A DNA stretch of 63,250 bases, the filler included. It is 6 parts of 6 records of this genome, joined end to end, with 100 filler letters (N's around TTAATTAATTAA, not from the genome) between each part and the next. Parts side by side here need not be neighbours in the genome. Positions count along the whole stretch, not along the records: positions 29,389 to 36,951 come from SRR31156797_4131; positions 37,052 to 49,796 come from SRR31156797_4136; 4 more parts are not named here. One strand, written 5' to 3'. A program made the translations under genes and the position numbers. This document shows positions 29,390 through 39,951 of the stretch, piece after piece. How positions within the stretch are numbered: the first letter of the stretch is position 1; every line of letters starts with the position of its first letter. Below the pieces are notes generated by a model. It searched no databases, was not told the origin of the DNA, and saw only the letters and a program-made list of their open reading frames with translations.

Positions 29390-29584
29390 AAAAAACGATT
29401 TAAAGGGAAAAAAAATCCCGACCTTTGGATGCGTTTCCTCGAGATTTACAAAAAACACGTTGTAAAATTTGTTTGGGTAAAAGGACACGCAAACAACCCG
29501 CTAAATGAACGTTGCGATGAGCTCGCTGTGGAAGCATCAATGCAACCCGGGCTTTTGGAAGACACGGGCTACAACCCCGACTAA
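29390..29584 (+). CDS. rnhA: Ribonuclease HI, C-terminal fragment
   Basis: Manual translation: [10 protein letters not shown]...[21 protein letters not shown], then stop. Confidence 0.92.
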   Translation, partial: KKRFKGKKNPDLWMRFLEIYKKHVVKFVWVKGHANNPLNERCDELAVEASMQPGLLEDTGYNPD

Positions 29585-29587
29585 TTA

Positions 29588-30553
29588 ATGAGCAGGCTAA
29601 ACATACTGGTTATTCTTTTACTTTTTACAACTTTCACTTGTCGAAACAGAATACAAAAACACTCCATGGAGTTAATAAGATACATAGACCGGGAAACAAC
29701 CGAAATAAAAACAGAAAATATTCCCAGCAAGGGGGTACTAAAATGGCTTTATACAAGCTCTACAGGAAAAACCACATTACACTTGTTGTTTAAGCGCAAA
29801 TTATTCTCGGCTTTGGGTGGTTGGTATATGAACAGTCGATTATCATCAAAACGTATAATAAATTTTGTGCAGGAACATTCCATCAACCTTAATGAATGTG
29901 TGATATCGGATCCTTCCGGGTACAAAACTTTTAACGATTTCTTCTATCGCAAGTTAAAATCCAGTGTAAGACCAATTGGGAAAAGGCTGGTGTCTCCTGC
30001 AGATGGAAAAATTCTGGTTTTTCAATCAATGGAAGATGTTGCGTCCTTTTTTATAAAAGGATCTGAATTCACGCTCCAAAGTTTTCTTACACAAGATAGT
30101 TTAGCTAAAAAATATAAAGATGGCTCAATGGCAATCATACGTTTAGCACCTCCTGATTATCATCGCTATCATTTCCCGGCTGATGGTTTAGCTTCAGAAA
30201 CAGTAAAAATCAAAGGACAATACTTTTCGGTTTCTCCTTTTGCATTGCGTGGTAGCCTTCGCATATTTTGCGAAAATAAAAGGGAATATTGCATACTCAC
30301 ATCAAAAAAATACGGCGATGTTCTGATTATGGATGTTGGAGCCACAATGGTTGGTGGAATTACCCAAACCTACAAGGCCAACTCAGAAGTAAAAAAGGGA
30401 CAGGAAAAGGGTTATTTTTCGTTTGGAGGTTCTACACTTGTGCTGCTTTTTCAGAAAGATAAGATTCAATTTGACACTGATTTGCTTGTGAACACAAAAA
30501 AAGGAATGGAAACCTATATTAAAATGGGTGAGAATATTGGATCCAATGTTTAA
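29588..30553 (+). CDS. psd: Phosphatidylserine decarboxylase proenzyme
   Basis: FNDFFYRKLK, SPADG, RLAPPDYHRYHFP and the self-cleavage motif FGGST. Confidence 0.93.
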   Translation: MSRLNILVILLLFTTFTCRNRIQKHSMELIRYIDRETTEIKTENIPSKGVLKWLYTSSTGKTTLHLLFKRKLFSALGGWYMNSRLSSKRIINFVQEHSINLNECVISDPSGYKTFNDFFYRKLKSSVRPIGKRLVSPADGKILVFQSMEDVASFFIKGSEFTLQSFLTQDSLAKKYKDGSMAIIRLAPPDYHRYHFPADGLASETVKIKGQYFSVSPFALRGSLRIFCENKREYCILTSKKYGDVLIMDVGATMVGGITQTYKANSEVKKGQEKGYFSFGGSTLVLLFQKDKIQFDTDLLVNTKKGMETYIKMGENIGSNV

Positions 30554-30604
30554 AGGCCGTAGCATGACCAGAAGCCACACCACGACTAACTTTATTTAGA
30601 TATT

Positions 30605-31639
30605 CTAAAATGTTACTGAGATTCGTATCCCGGGATGCACATTCTTAAGAAAATCATTAAAATACAATTCCGGATTTATTGAAAAAGTGTTGTTGATTTT
30701 TTTATTTACAGCAATTCTAAACGTATTCTTTTTGAAAAAATCGTTGTTTCGTTTTACTAAATAGCCAGCAGAAAATCCATACCATCTGTCTGTACCAGGA
30801 GCATTTGAAAAATTATGATCCCAGGTAAATGAAACAAAATGATTAAGGTAGAAATAATTACTTTGGTCCGAATCGAAAAAATCATACATCACATTCCAAT
30901 CGATAAAGTAAGCATTCCGATAAAGTCCACGATCGCCAAACGAGAATCCCACTCTTAATTGAAAATCTGATACAAAGGTATTTTTAATCCACCCTGATCC
31001 GATACTGCCAGAGATTTCAAGAATATCATAATTTTCATTTGATGTGCTTTGAAAATAGCCCTTAACCTCATCTCCTCTCAAGTCAAGCCAGCCATGAATT
31101 AATTTTCTGCTATTCGCATCAAACTTCTTGTTCAAATATGTGGCTGCCTGGCTAATCTTTCTCGAAAAAGAATCATTCGAAATCAGATCCAGGTAATCAA
31201 TCTTTTCCAAATATATTTTTGTTTCAGCATCATATCCTTTAAAACAAATACAATACTTCCCATTATTGGATTCAAAAGCGGTTCCGTCCTCAAAAATGCG
31301 TACAGTCTTTTGGTTTCTTTTTGATTTTACAAGATCTAATTCCTTAAAATTTCTAAGCCAAAGATCATCGTCTTCTTTGGTATAAGTTATTGTAATTCTT
31401 TCATCAACCTTAAGCGGAGCAATTTCTATTTCCTCCATCACTTTCTGAATTAGGATAACCTGCTCCACTAATACACCGTGAGTTAAGGGATTACGAATAG
31501 CATTTGTACTGGCAACTACAATCAATACTTTATCAAACCTATACCGGATGGTATCACCTTTAAACTGGTTTTTCACAGCTTGGGCAGGAAAAGAAAGCAA
31601 TAATAAAATCGATAATGAAATAAGTGTAATTGTTTTCAT
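30605..31639 (-). CDS. Exported hypothetical protein, possible C-terminal outer-membrane beta-barrel
   Basis: Signal peptide; aromatic-rich beta-strands; ends in terminal Phe (IRISVTF). Confidence 0.55.
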   Translation of the reverse strand: MKTITLISLSILLLLSFPAQAVKNQFKGDTIRYRFDKVLIVVASTNAIRNPLTHGVLVEQVILIQKVMEEIEIAPLKVDERITITYTKEDDDLWLRNFKELDLVKSKRNQKTVRIFEDGTAFESNNGKYCICFKGYDAETKIYLEKIDYLDLISNDSFSRKISQAATYLNKKFDANSRKLIHGWLDLRGDEVKGYFQSTSNENYDILEISGSIGSGWIKNTFVSDFQLRVGFSFGDRGLYRNAYFIDWNVMYDFFDSDQSNYFYLNHFVSFTWDHNFSNAPGTDRWYGFSAGYLVKRNNDFFKKNTFRIAVNKKINNTFSINPELYFNDFLKNVHPGIRISVTF

Positions 31640-31649
31640 GGCTCACTTT

Positions 31650-32327
31650 TTAAAAATTGTACTGTTTAAATTGTTTCTGTTTTCTATAAAATACTTTCAT
31701 CTCAATTTCAGGCGATTTCGATTTCATTTTCGGCTTTTTCTGAACCTTTAGTTCAACTCTTTCGCTTTTTAGCACAAAGGGTGCCGAATCTTTCTCTTCT
31801 GCCGTATTTATTTTTGCTGCTTTTAAGGCCACCAACTCTTGTTGAGCTTTTCTTAGATCTTTTCTTAGTTCCGCAATTATGTGTTCGTATTCATTTGCCA
31901 TATCAGACTGATTCCGAATTGAATCATTCAGGGCCTGAAGCTTTTGTTTCCAGTCGCCTTCCTGTTGCTCGTAAGTTATCTTATCACGATATACTATTCT
32001 TTCCTTTTCCACTACTCCTACCTCTGTCGGATATGTGGTATTTAGAGCCGCTCTTGCAGAATCGAGTAAAGCAGCTATCCTTGCATTTTCAATCATCAGC
32101 TGTTCTTTTGATTGTTGCTGTATCCTCCTTATGCCTATAGAAGCAATAACACCTGTAGCCAATAATAATCCAAGAAAAACTGCAGCCACCCGCCATATTG
32201 CTGCAACTCCTTTTCTGATTCGTATTGAATTGTTTAAACGACTCCACATATCGTTTTTCCCCTTCCATTCTTCGGTATGCTCCTGCCTTACAAAAGCCTC
32301 TCGCACACTATGTTCCAGATTGCCCAT
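31650..32327 (-). CDS. Single-TM protein, probable anti-sigma factor
   Basis: Overlaps the ECF sigma gene; W..L motif, then WRVAAV TM helix and a coiled coil. Confidence 0.6.
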   Translation of the reverse strand: MGNLEHSVREAFVRQEHTEEWKGKNDMWSRLNNSIRIRKGVAAIWRVAAVFLGLLLATGVIASIGIRRIQQQSKEQLMIENARIAALLDSARAALNTTYPTEVGVVEKERIVYRDKITYEQQEGDWKQKLQALNDSIRNQSDMANEYEHIIAELRKDLRKAQQELVALKAAKINTAEEKDSAPFVLKSERVELKVQKKPKMKSKSPEIEMKVFYRKQKQFKQYNF

Positions 32328-32856
32328 ATTCCTGTTTCAATTTTGTTTGTAATAATTTTCTCGCTTGAAAAAACTGCGACCTTGAAGTTCCTTCTGTAAT
32401 CCCCAACACTTCTGCAATTTCTTTGTGCGCATAACCATCCACCACATGCATAACAAACACTGTTTTGTAACCAAGTGGTAATTCATTCACCAATTCAAGC
32501 AATGTTTCATAATCCGTTTCTACAGAAAATCCGAAATCGTGTTTTTCTTCATCAATCGGCTCTATATAAAGCGTATTTAGCTCTTTCCGACGATCCATTA
32601 AACACTGGTTGATAACAATACATTTTAACCAGGCACTAAAAGCTGCTTCGTTTATATATTCAACCTCCGACAGTTTCACGTAAATCGTTAGAAATGCCTG
32701 AAACAAGGCTTCTTCAGCCAATTCACCTCTTACTGTATAGCGTTCGGCTACAGCAAATAATCGATCGGCATACAAATCAAAAAACTGCCTTTGTGCTCGT
32801 CGGTCTCCCTTTGAACTTTTATGAATTAATTTCTGAATTTTCACAGAATCCGGCAC
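32308..32856 (-). CDS. ECF-type RNA polymerase sigma factor
   Basis: AEEALFQAF, FSAWLKCIVIN, LPLGYKTVF, HKEIAEVLGITEGTSRSQ. Confidence 0.92.
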   Translation of the reverse strand: MPDSVKIQKLIHKSSKGDRRAQRQFFDLYADRLFAVAERYTVRGELAEEALFQAFLTIYVKLSEVEYINEAAFSAWLKCIVINQCLMDRRKELNTLYIEPIDEEKHDFGFSVETDYETLLELVNELPLGYKTVFVMHVVDGYAHKEIAEVLGITEGTSRSQFFQARKLLQTKLKQEYGQSGT

Positions 32857-32925
32857 TTCTTATATTTTGTGTTCACCTTTAAAATGCAAGTTAAAGATAA
32901 AACGTTGCCTGAAGTTGAATAAAAA

Positions 32926-33546
32926 TTACAGATCAAGGGAAAGCTGCTCATCAAGTAACCTGAAACTCATTCGGTGATACCTGGTAGACCCATGCTCTTT
33001 TATAGCTGCCCGGTGTTTTTTTGTGGGATACCCCTTGTTTTTATTCCAGCCAAAACAAGGGAATTCTTCGTGAATTTTTTCCATAAAATCATCGCGATAG
33101 GTTTTTGCCAAAACCGATGCAGCGGCAATGGAATAAAATCGTCCGTCACCTTTTATCATACAGGTATATGGTATTTTGGCCCGGGTACGAAACCGGTTAC
33201 CATCAATCAGTAAATGTTCAGGAACAACATCTAATTTTTCAACTGCCCGGTTCATGGCAAGAAATGAAGCATTTAAAATATTTACTTCGTCAATTTCCTT
33301 ATTATCCACTGCAATCACGGCCCATGCCAGTGCTTGCGATTCAATAACGGGCCTAAGTTGGTAACGTTGTTTTTCGGTAAGCTTTTTGGAATCGTTTAGT
33401 ATCTCGTTTTTAAAATCAGGAGGAAGAATAACTGCAGCAGCAAATACAGGACCTGCCAAGCATCCCCTGCCGGCTTCGTCGCAACCTGCTTCAATTGTAT
33501 TTTTTTTATGGTAAGGTAATAATTTGTTTATGGTCATACATTTCAC
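32926..33546 (-). CDS. rnhB: Ribonuclease HII
   Basis: [44 protein letters not shown]. Confidence 0.96.
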   Translation of the reverse strand: MKCMTINKLLPYHKKNTIEAGCDEAGRGCLAGPVFAAAVILPPDFKNEILNDSKKLTEKQRYQLRPVIESQALAWAVIAVDNKEIDEVNILNASFLAMNRAVEKLDVVPEHLLIDGNRFRTRAKIPYTCMIKGDGRFYSIAAASVLAKTYRDDFMEKIHEEFPCFGWNKNKGYPTKKHRAAIKEHGSTRYHRMSFRLLDEQLSLDL

Positions 33547-33610
33547 GATTATCGCTACTATAAAATCAAACCTAGGCTTCTCGGGATTGTAGCTTTCTTC
33601 AAATATTTAA

Positions 33611-34735
33611 CTATTGCAGCGCTTTTTCAACACTCATCCAAAGCAAACGGGCAGTCTCATCCCAGCTAAATTTTTCTTTTTGAACAAAACCTTTTTGAAT
33701 TAATGATTGCTTCAATTCTGCATCTTCCGAAATTTTAAGCATGGCATCAGTAATCTGTTCAATTTTTAACGGATCAGCATACAGCACTGCATTTCCGCCA
33801 ACTTCCGGAAGTGAAGTGGTGTTGGCACAAATAACCGGCACACCGGCACTCATTGCTTCAACAACAGGAATTCCGAATCCTTCAAAAAACGGAACAAAAA
33901 CTAACGCAAAAGCAGCTCCAAAAATATCGTGAAGTTCAGCTGTGCTTACCCTGCCGGTAAATACTACATCTTTTCGATATCGCATATTTCGGTAAGTTTC
34001 GAATATCTCACCTGTTTTATGCATTTCCCCACCAACCACAACCAGTTTTTTTGTGTCTCCATTTACACTTTTAAAAGCATCAAAAGCTTTAAGTAATCCA
34101 CATACGTTTTTTCGTGGGTGCAAGGCTCCAACAAAAAGGAAATATTCACGACCTTTTGTATAACGTTCCCGCACTTTAATCCGTTCCTCATCCTCAGTTG
34201 GTTCGAATATTTGGTTTATCCCGTCGTAAACCACATCTATTTTATCGTAATCAACTTTAAACGAACGTGTAATATCCTCCTTCGAATAAAAAGAAACCGT
34301 TGCAATACGTTTTGCAATACGCGCAAACCTTGGAAAGAAATAATTGTAATATTTTGCTTTTAACCAGGGCAGGTCATCCGGGCGATGAACAAAATTTATA
34401 TCGTGAATTACGCCTAATTGAGGAACTTTTGTGCGTTGCGATAAATACCCGTCAGTTGATAAAAACAAATCGACCTTATACTTTTTAAGTATTCGTGGAA
34501 TTTGAAAATCGAACCATAAATACCATAAAACAGGATGCCGGGTCGGAGGACCAATCACCACAGGTGTCACATTCTCAGCGAAGATATAATCCTTGTTAAA
34601 AGGGCGGTCGAAAATAAAAATAAACTCGTGTTCCGGATGATGTAATGTCATCCGTTTTAAAGTTTCATAAGTAAACCAGCCAATTCCTTCCAGTTTCCCT
34701 TTCAGCAACAAGCGGGTATTTACGGCAATTACCAT
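33611..34735 (-). CDS. Glycosyltransferase family 4
   Basis: FVGALHPRKN, FEGFGIPVVEAM, SLPEVGG. Confidence 0.92.
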   Translation of the reverse strand: MVIAVNTRLLLKGKLEGIGWFTYETLKRMTLHHPEHEFIFIFDRPFNKDYIFAENVTPVVIGPPTRHPVLWYLWFDFQIPRILKKYKVDLFLSTDGYLSQRTKVPQLGVIHDINFVHRPDDLPWLKAKYYNYFFPRFARIAKRIATVSFYSKEDITRSFKVDYDKIDVVYDGINQIFEPTEDEERIKVRERYTKGREYFLFVGALHPRKNVCGLLKAFDAFKSVNGDTKKLVVVGGEMHKTGEIFETYRNMRYRKDVVFTGRVSTAELHDIFGAAFALVFVPFFEGFGIPVVEAMSAGVPVICANTTSLPEVGGNAVLYADPLKIEQITDAMLKISEDAELKQSLIQKGFVQKEKFSWDETARLLWMSVEKALQ

Positions 34736-34831
34736 ATGAGCATCGATTTTTCGTAAATGTACAAAGTCTGTTCAAATATTTGTTACATTTAAGCGTTCAA
34801 ATTCTAAGTACTATTCAAGAAGCACGGTGTT

Positions 34832-36274
34832 TTGAAACGCAAATTTGTAACCAATCTAATATTATTACTTTTCCTGAATCTCCTTATCAAACCAATTTGG
34901 ATATTTGGTTTTGATCGAACGGTTCAGAATATGGTAGGAGACGAGAATTTCGGCTTATATTTTGCGTTGTTTAACTTTTCAATGTTGTTAAATATTTTTC
35001 TGGATGCCGGAATTACCAACTACAACAACCGCAACATTGCACAGCACAATTTTTTATTGCCTAAACACCTTTCAAACATTGTTGGTCTGAAATTGGTTCT
35101 TGCCTTGGTTTATACTGTATTTAGTCTAACCATAGCTGCAATAATCGGCTATAATCAGCTTCAGTTTCACCTGCTGCTTTTTCTTATCCTGAACCAATTT
35201 CTCATTTCGTTTACACTTTATCTTCGTTCAAATCTTAGTGCATTGCACCTGTTTCGAACCGATAGTCTGATCTCGGTACTCGATCGTAGCATTATGATAC
35301 TGATTTGCGGAATACTACTTTTTACCAATTGGTTTAAAATTGAATTCACCATTGCCTGGTTTGTTTATGCCCAAACTATTGCCTACGGATTAACTACCTT
35401 AATTACATTTAGCCTTGTGTTAAAAGAATCGGGGCGGATAAAGATCCGTTTCGATTTGTCCTTTTTTCGTGTTTTTCTTCGAAAATCGTATCCTTATGCC
35501 TTGCTGGTTTTGCTTATGTCGTTTTATAACCGCATAGATTCGGTAATGCTTGAACGACTACTACCCGATCCGGTGGGAAAAGAACAGGCAGGCATCTATG
35601 CTAAAGCCTTTCGTTTGCTGGATGCCGTTTCGATGTTTGGTGTCTTATTTGCCGGTTTGCTTCTTCCTATCTTTGCAAAGATGATCAAAGAAAAGGAAGC
35701 TGTGGGGCAAATGGTTAAACTGTCGTTTACCTTGCTAATTGTTCCGGCAATAATAATCGCTATATCCAGCATCTTTTATTGCGAAGACATTATGGAAGTG
35801 ATGTACCACTCGAGTACTAAAGAATCGGCTAAAATTCTGGGTATATTAATGACCGGTTTTTTGGGCATTGCAACTACCTATATTTTTGGCACCTTACTTA
35901 CGGCCAATGGTAGCATGAAACAACTAAACATTATGGCATTCTTTGGAATGATATTAAATATTATTCTAAACCTTATTCTAATTCCCCGTCTTCAAGCCTT
36001 TGGATCGGCTTATGCCAGCATGACAACACAACTTTTTACAGGAATTACCCAATTAATTCTTGCCCTCATTATTTTCCGCCTAAAAATTCAGTATAAATTT
36101 ATTATTCAACTGATATTATTCAGTGGAGTAGTGGTAGTAATTGCCAGTCTTACTAAATTTATCGACCAATGGTTTTATGGCTACCTTGCTCTACTGACAG
36201 GAGCTCTTGCATTTGCTGTACTCATCCGACTTTTTAATTTAAAAGATCTTTATCGTATTATTCGTTATGAATAA
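34832..36274 (+). CDS. Wzx-like oligosaccharide flippase (MOP family)
   Basis: Many TM helices; FYNRIDSVML, QAGIYAKAFR, LNLILIP. Confidence 0.85.
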   Translation: MKRKFVTNLILLLFLNLLIKPIWIFGFDRTVQNMVGDENFGLYFALFNFSMLLNIFLDAGITNYNNRNIAQHNFLLPKHLSNIVGLKLVLALVYTVFSLTIAAIIGYNQLQFHLLLFLILNQFLISFTLYLRSNLSALHLFRTDSLISVLDRSIMILICGILLFTNWFKIEFTIAWFVYAQTIAYGLTTLITFSLVLKESGRIKIRFDLSFFRVFLRKSYPYALLVLLMSFYNRIDSVMLERLLPDPVGKEQAGIYAKAFRLLDAVSMFGVLFAGLLLPIFAKMIKEKEAVGQMVKLSFTLLIVPAIIIAISSIFYCEDIMEVMYHSSTKESAKILGILMTGFLGIATTYIFGTLLTANGSMKQLNIMAFFGMILNIILNLILIPRLQAFGSAYASMTTQLFTGITQLILALIIFRLKIQYKFIIQLILFSGVVVVIASLTKFIDQWFYGYLALLTGALAFAVLIRLFNLKDLYRIIRYE

Positions 36275-36908
36275 AGAGCTAAATCCAACCATAAAAGAAC
36301 TGCAAGACAGCAAAAATTTTGAACTAATTGCCGAGTTACACCACAACGATATTAAAGAATTTGTTCTGAGCCAGATTTCTAAAGGAGGGAAACTGGTGAA
36401 AGGGTACATGATCTATCAACTGATAATGATTATTCTTGGAGGATTTATATTAACTATATCCGTTGTATCTGCATTTAGACAAAATCCCAATCCTTTGTAT
36501 TGGTGTCTTATTGCACTCATTTTTTGTTTTACACTTTTGGTCGTCCTTCATGAACTTCTTCATGGAATTGCCATAAAGCTAACCGGTGCTACAAAAATTA
36601 ATTATGGTGCTTATGTCAGAAAGTTTATCTTTTATGCTGAAGCTGATCAGCATGTAATGAACCAAAAGCAATTTACAATGGTTGCACTAACACCATTGGT
36701 TATTATCAAGTTTCTTACATTAATTGGTGTTCTATTCACAATTCATCACCCTGCTGTTTTTGGGGTTGTGTTTGTAATGTGTGCACACAGTTTGTTTTGT
36801 GCTGGAGATATTGGATTACTATCAATTTTTTTCAGCGAGAAAGACACTAAGTTTTACACCTTTGATGTACGCTCCGAACGAAAAAGCTACTATTATAAAA
36901 AGTTGTAA
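36267..36908 (+). CDS. DUF3267-like membrane zincin protein
   Basis: HELLHG (HExxH) within a TM region; ALTP and AGD motifs. Confidence 0.7.
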   Translation: MNKELNPTIKELQDSKNFELIAELHHNDIKEFVLSQISKGGKLVKGYMIYQLIMIILGGFILTISVVSAFRQNPNPLYWCLIALIFCFTLLVVLHELLHGIAIKLTGATKINYGAYVRKFIFYAEADQHVMNQKQFTMVALTPLVIIKFLTLIGVLFTIHHPAVFGVVFVMCAHSLFCAGDIGLLSIFFSEKDTKFYTFDVRSERKSYYYKKL

Positions 36909-36951
36909 TTGGTAAAAATAAGGACAAAAAAAAGGCAGCTTCTACAAGCTG

Positions 36952-37051
36952 NNNNNNNNNNNNNNNNNNNNNNNNNNNNNNNNNNNNNNNNNNNNTTAAT
37001 TAATTAANNNNNNNNNNNNNNNNNNNNNNNNNNNNNNNNNNNNNNNNNNNN
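36952..37051. other. Artificial contig spacer
   Basis: N44-TTAATTAATTAA-N44. Confidence 0.99.
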
Positions 37052-37059
37052 TTGAAGAG

Positions 37060-37113
37060 TCCAGAGAAACTTTTCCCAAAAATTTCTTTGGCCCCCGGAG
37101 GGTCGCCGAAGGC
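37060..37113. repeat. Palindromic REP/MITE-like element at the contig end
   Basis: Imperfect stem CCAGAGAAACTTTT/AAAAATTTCTTTGG followed by a GC-rich CGCCGAAGGC tail. Confidence 0.4.
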
Positions 37114-37150
37114 AAAAAAGGACTCAGATGCAGAAGCACCTGAGTCCTTT
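37114..37150 (-). terminator. Intrinsic terminator of mop
   Basis: AAAGGACTCAG/CTGAGTCCTTT hairpin with a U-tract on the minus strand. Confidence 0.8.
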
Positions 37151-37161
37151 AGGTAGTTCAA

Positions 37162-39885
37162 TTAACCTTTCATGGCAGCGAGGACCTTCTCAGGGCGAGC
37201 CGGGAGATGGGTTACGCGTGCGCCGCAGGCGTTATAGATAGCGTTGATAACGGAAGCGTGCGGAGTGGTCAGCGGAAGCTCACCAACACCGGAGGCACCG
37301 TGGGGGCCGTCGGGACGTTCGGTTTCAACGTAGACCAGTTCGATGTCATCGGGGATCTGCTTGATGTAGGGGAAGCCTGCACCGACCATGGTGGAGTGCT
37401 TCTTGATGTCTTCGTAGTCCTCAGTGAGGGCCAGGCCGACACCCTGTGCCAGACCACCGTACATCTGGCCGTCAACAGCGAGTTTGTTGTTGATCTTACC
37501 GATGTCAGCAACGAGTTTCATTTTTTCTACCTGAACTTTACCGGTAGCGATTTCAACTTCTACGCCGGACATGAACAGACCGTACATGTAGCAGGCAAAG
37601 GGGCTACCCTGACCGTTTTCGTCACAATCGGTGGCCGGAGCGGACCATTTACCTTCGTAACGAAGCTCTTTGTTGGCTGCGACCATTTCGTCGTAGCTCA
37701 TGTAGGAGTTGTCAGACTTGCGCATGGCATCCATCAGGTTGCGGCAGGCAGCGATGATGGCGTTACCGACAACAACCTGAGAACGACTACCGCCTGCTGG
37801 CCCGCCATTGGGGCAGTTGCGGGTGTCGTTCATGACCAGATGAATCTGCTCAGGCTTGAGGCCGAGGGGACGCAGGGTTTCGTGGGCAGTACCCAGACAA
37901 CCGATGTCCGCACCCTGACCGTGGTCATGCCAGCAGTTGAAGAGGGTTACAGAACCGTCTTTGTTCAGTTCAATAGCGGATTCTGCGGTGTCAGGACCGT
38001 CAAGACCGGAACCGTAGATACCTACTGCGATACCTACGCCGCGTTTGAAGCCTTCAGCAGCGTCTTCAGCAGCCCATTTTTTCATTTCTTCATACTTGGG
38101 ACGACCGGCGGTGAAGATGTCTTCCAGGCAGTATACTTCAGGCTTACAACCGGTGGGAGTAGTGTCGCCCTGGCTTTCACGGTAAACGTTCTTTTCACGC
38201 AGATCGAAGGGGTCCATACCGATTTTTTCAGCCAGTTCGTCCATCATGACTTCATAGCCGAATTCGGTTTCAGGAGCACCGTAACCACGGAAAGCGGAAC
38301 CCCATGCATGGTTGGTGCAGACGGTTTTACCGAGGCCGCGGATGTTTTCAAGTTTGTAACCGGCACCGATGAACTGGGCACCGCGCAGAGTCAGCAGGTC
38401 ACCGAATTCGGAGTAGGGACCGTGGTCGCAGATCCAGTCGGTTTCCATGCCGAGCAGGTCGCCGTCTTTGCTTGCGGCAAGGCGGATGTCGGTGAAGAAG
38501 GGGGAGCGTTTACCAGTGTATTGCTGCTGCTGTTCCCATGTGTAGTTCAGGAATACAGGCTTTCCGGTTGCGAGGCAGGCCGCGCCGACCAGTGCTTCCA
38601 TTGTGGGGGAGAACTTGTAACCGAAAGTACCGCCGGCGTAGTTCTGAACCATGATCAGGTTTTCGAGTTCAACGCCCAGACCGGGAGCGATCATAGCTGC
38701 ATGCAGATGCAGACCGATGGATTTGGAGTGGATGTTGAGCTTGCCGTCATCATCAAGGAAAGCGAAACCTACGTCCGGCTCGATGGGCATGTGCGGCTGG
38801 CGCTGTACATAGTAGGAACCTTCGAGAACAACGTCTGCTTTGTCGAAGATAGGAGCGGTTTCTTCGCCTTTGGCAACCTTCTGTTCAAAGTAAACGTTGG
38901 GGGTGCCGGGATGAATTTCCATGGCGTCTTCTGCCATGGCGGAAGGAGCGTCCATGTATTCGGGCAGCTGTTCCAGCTCCACTTTTACCTTGGCTGCTGC
39001 GGCTTTTGCGATTTTTTCGGAAGTCGCGCAGACGATGGCGATGGCGTCACCGTACTGGAAGATTTTTTCATCTGCGAGGATGGGGCGGTCCCAACCGTCA
39101 CCTTTGTTGGTGGGGAAGGTGATCAGACCGGTGATGCGGTTTTTACCCTTGATGTCTTTGTAGGTAACAACCTTTTCAACGCCTTCCATTGCTTCTGCTT
39201 CGGAAGTATCGATGGAGATGACGTTGGCATGGGAAACTTCAGCCTGAACCAGAGCGCATTTGAGGGAACCTTCGGGCATATTCAGGCCGAGATCTGCACC
39301 GTATTCGAGAGTACCGGTGACTTTGGCAACTGCAGTGGGGCGGGGATATTTGGAACCCCAGATGCGCTGGTCTTCGGGCATTTTGAACATCAGTGCGTCT
39401 TCGGACATGTCGCCGCGCATAACTGCTGCTGCGTCCTGAACTGCGTCAACCAACGGTTTGTAACCGGTGCAACGGCAGGCGTTGCGATGCTTCTGGAACC
39501 AATCGCGGATGTCTGCGCGGGAAGGCTTGGGATTGGAGAGAAGCAGGGCATATGTGGAAACAACAAAACCGGGGGTACAGAAACCGCACTGTGCGCCGCC
39601 GTGAGCAATCCATGCGAGCTGGATGGGGTGCAGACTAGTGGGAGTACCGATACCTTCGGTGGTAATGATTTCGGTGAAATCTTCAACGCGTTTCATGGAA
39701 AGCTTGCAGGTACGTTTGAGCTTACCGTCGATGATGACGGAGCAGCTACCGCACTGTCCGGTTCCGCAACCGATCTTAACACTGAGCAGACCGAGTTTTT
39801 CACGCAGAACACTGGCGAGGGTATCATCATTGTCGCAAATGATGAATTTCTCTACACCGTTAACTTTTAGAGTCCGTTTGAGCAT
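37162..39885 (-). CDS. mop: Molybdenum aldehyde oxidoreductase (xanthine oxidase family, Desulfovibrio MOP type)
   Basis: 907 aa; two [2Fe-2S] motifs (GCGTGQCGSC..C; QCGFC..CRCTGY); GGTFGYK, AFRGYG, HGQG, GVGE. Confidence 0.96.
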   Translation of the reverse strand: MLKRTLKVNGVEKFIICDNDDTLASVLREKLGLLSVKIGCGTGQCGSCSVIIDGKLKRTCKLSMKRVEDFTEIITTEGIGTPTSLHPIQLAWIAHGGAQCGFCTPGFVVSTYALLLSNPKPSRADIRDWFQKHRNACRCTGYKPLVDAVQDAAAVMRGDMSEDALMFKMPEDQRIWGSKYPRPTAVAKVTGTLEYGADLGLNMPEGSLKCALVQAEVSHANVISIDTSEAEAMEGVEKVVTYKDIKGKNRITGLITFPTNKGDGWDRPILADEKIFQYGDAIAIVCATSEKIAKAAAAKVKVELEQLPEYMDAPSAMAEDAMEIHPGTPNVYFEQKVAKGEETAPIFDKADVVLEGSYYVQRQPHMPIEPDVGFAFLDDDGKLNIHSKSIGLHLHAAMIAPGLGVELENLIMVQNYAGGTFGYKFSPTMEALVGAACLATGKPVFLNYTWEQQQQYTGKRSPFFTDIRLAASKDGDLLGMETDWICDHGPYSEFGDLLTLRGAQFIGAGYKLENIRGLGKTVCTNHAWGSAFRGYGAPETEFGYEVMMDELAEKIGMDPFDLREKNVYRESQGDTTPTGCKPEVYCLEDIFTAGRPKYEEMKKWAAEDAAEGFKRGVGIAVGIYGSGLDGPDTAESAIELNKDGSVTLFNCWHDHGQGADIGCLGTAHETLRPLGLKPEQIHLVMNDTRNCPNGGPAGGSRSQVVVGNAIIAACRNLMDAMRKSDNSYMSYDEMVAANKELRYEGKWSAPATDCDENGQGSPFACYMYGLFMSGVEVEIATGKVQVEKMKLVADIGKINNKLAVDGQMYGGLAQGVGLALTEDYEDIKKHSTMVGAGFPYIKQIPDDIELVYVETERPDGPHGASGVGELPLTTPHASVINAIYNACGARVTHLPARPEKVLAAMKG

Positions 39886-39951
39886 GGGGAGAACCTCCTT
39901 GAATTACTGCTTAATATTAGCAGGCGTCCGAAAAGGACGTCGAACTATCCT

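Noticed and set aside
29390-33546. rnhA and rnhB within about 4 kb
   Set aside because: Convergent and separated by unrelated genes; no evidence of a functional unit.
37207-39870. 887-aa ORF antisense to mop
   Set aside because: Shadow frame of a codon-biased gene; no recognisable motifs, whereas the minus strand is an unambiguous MOP.
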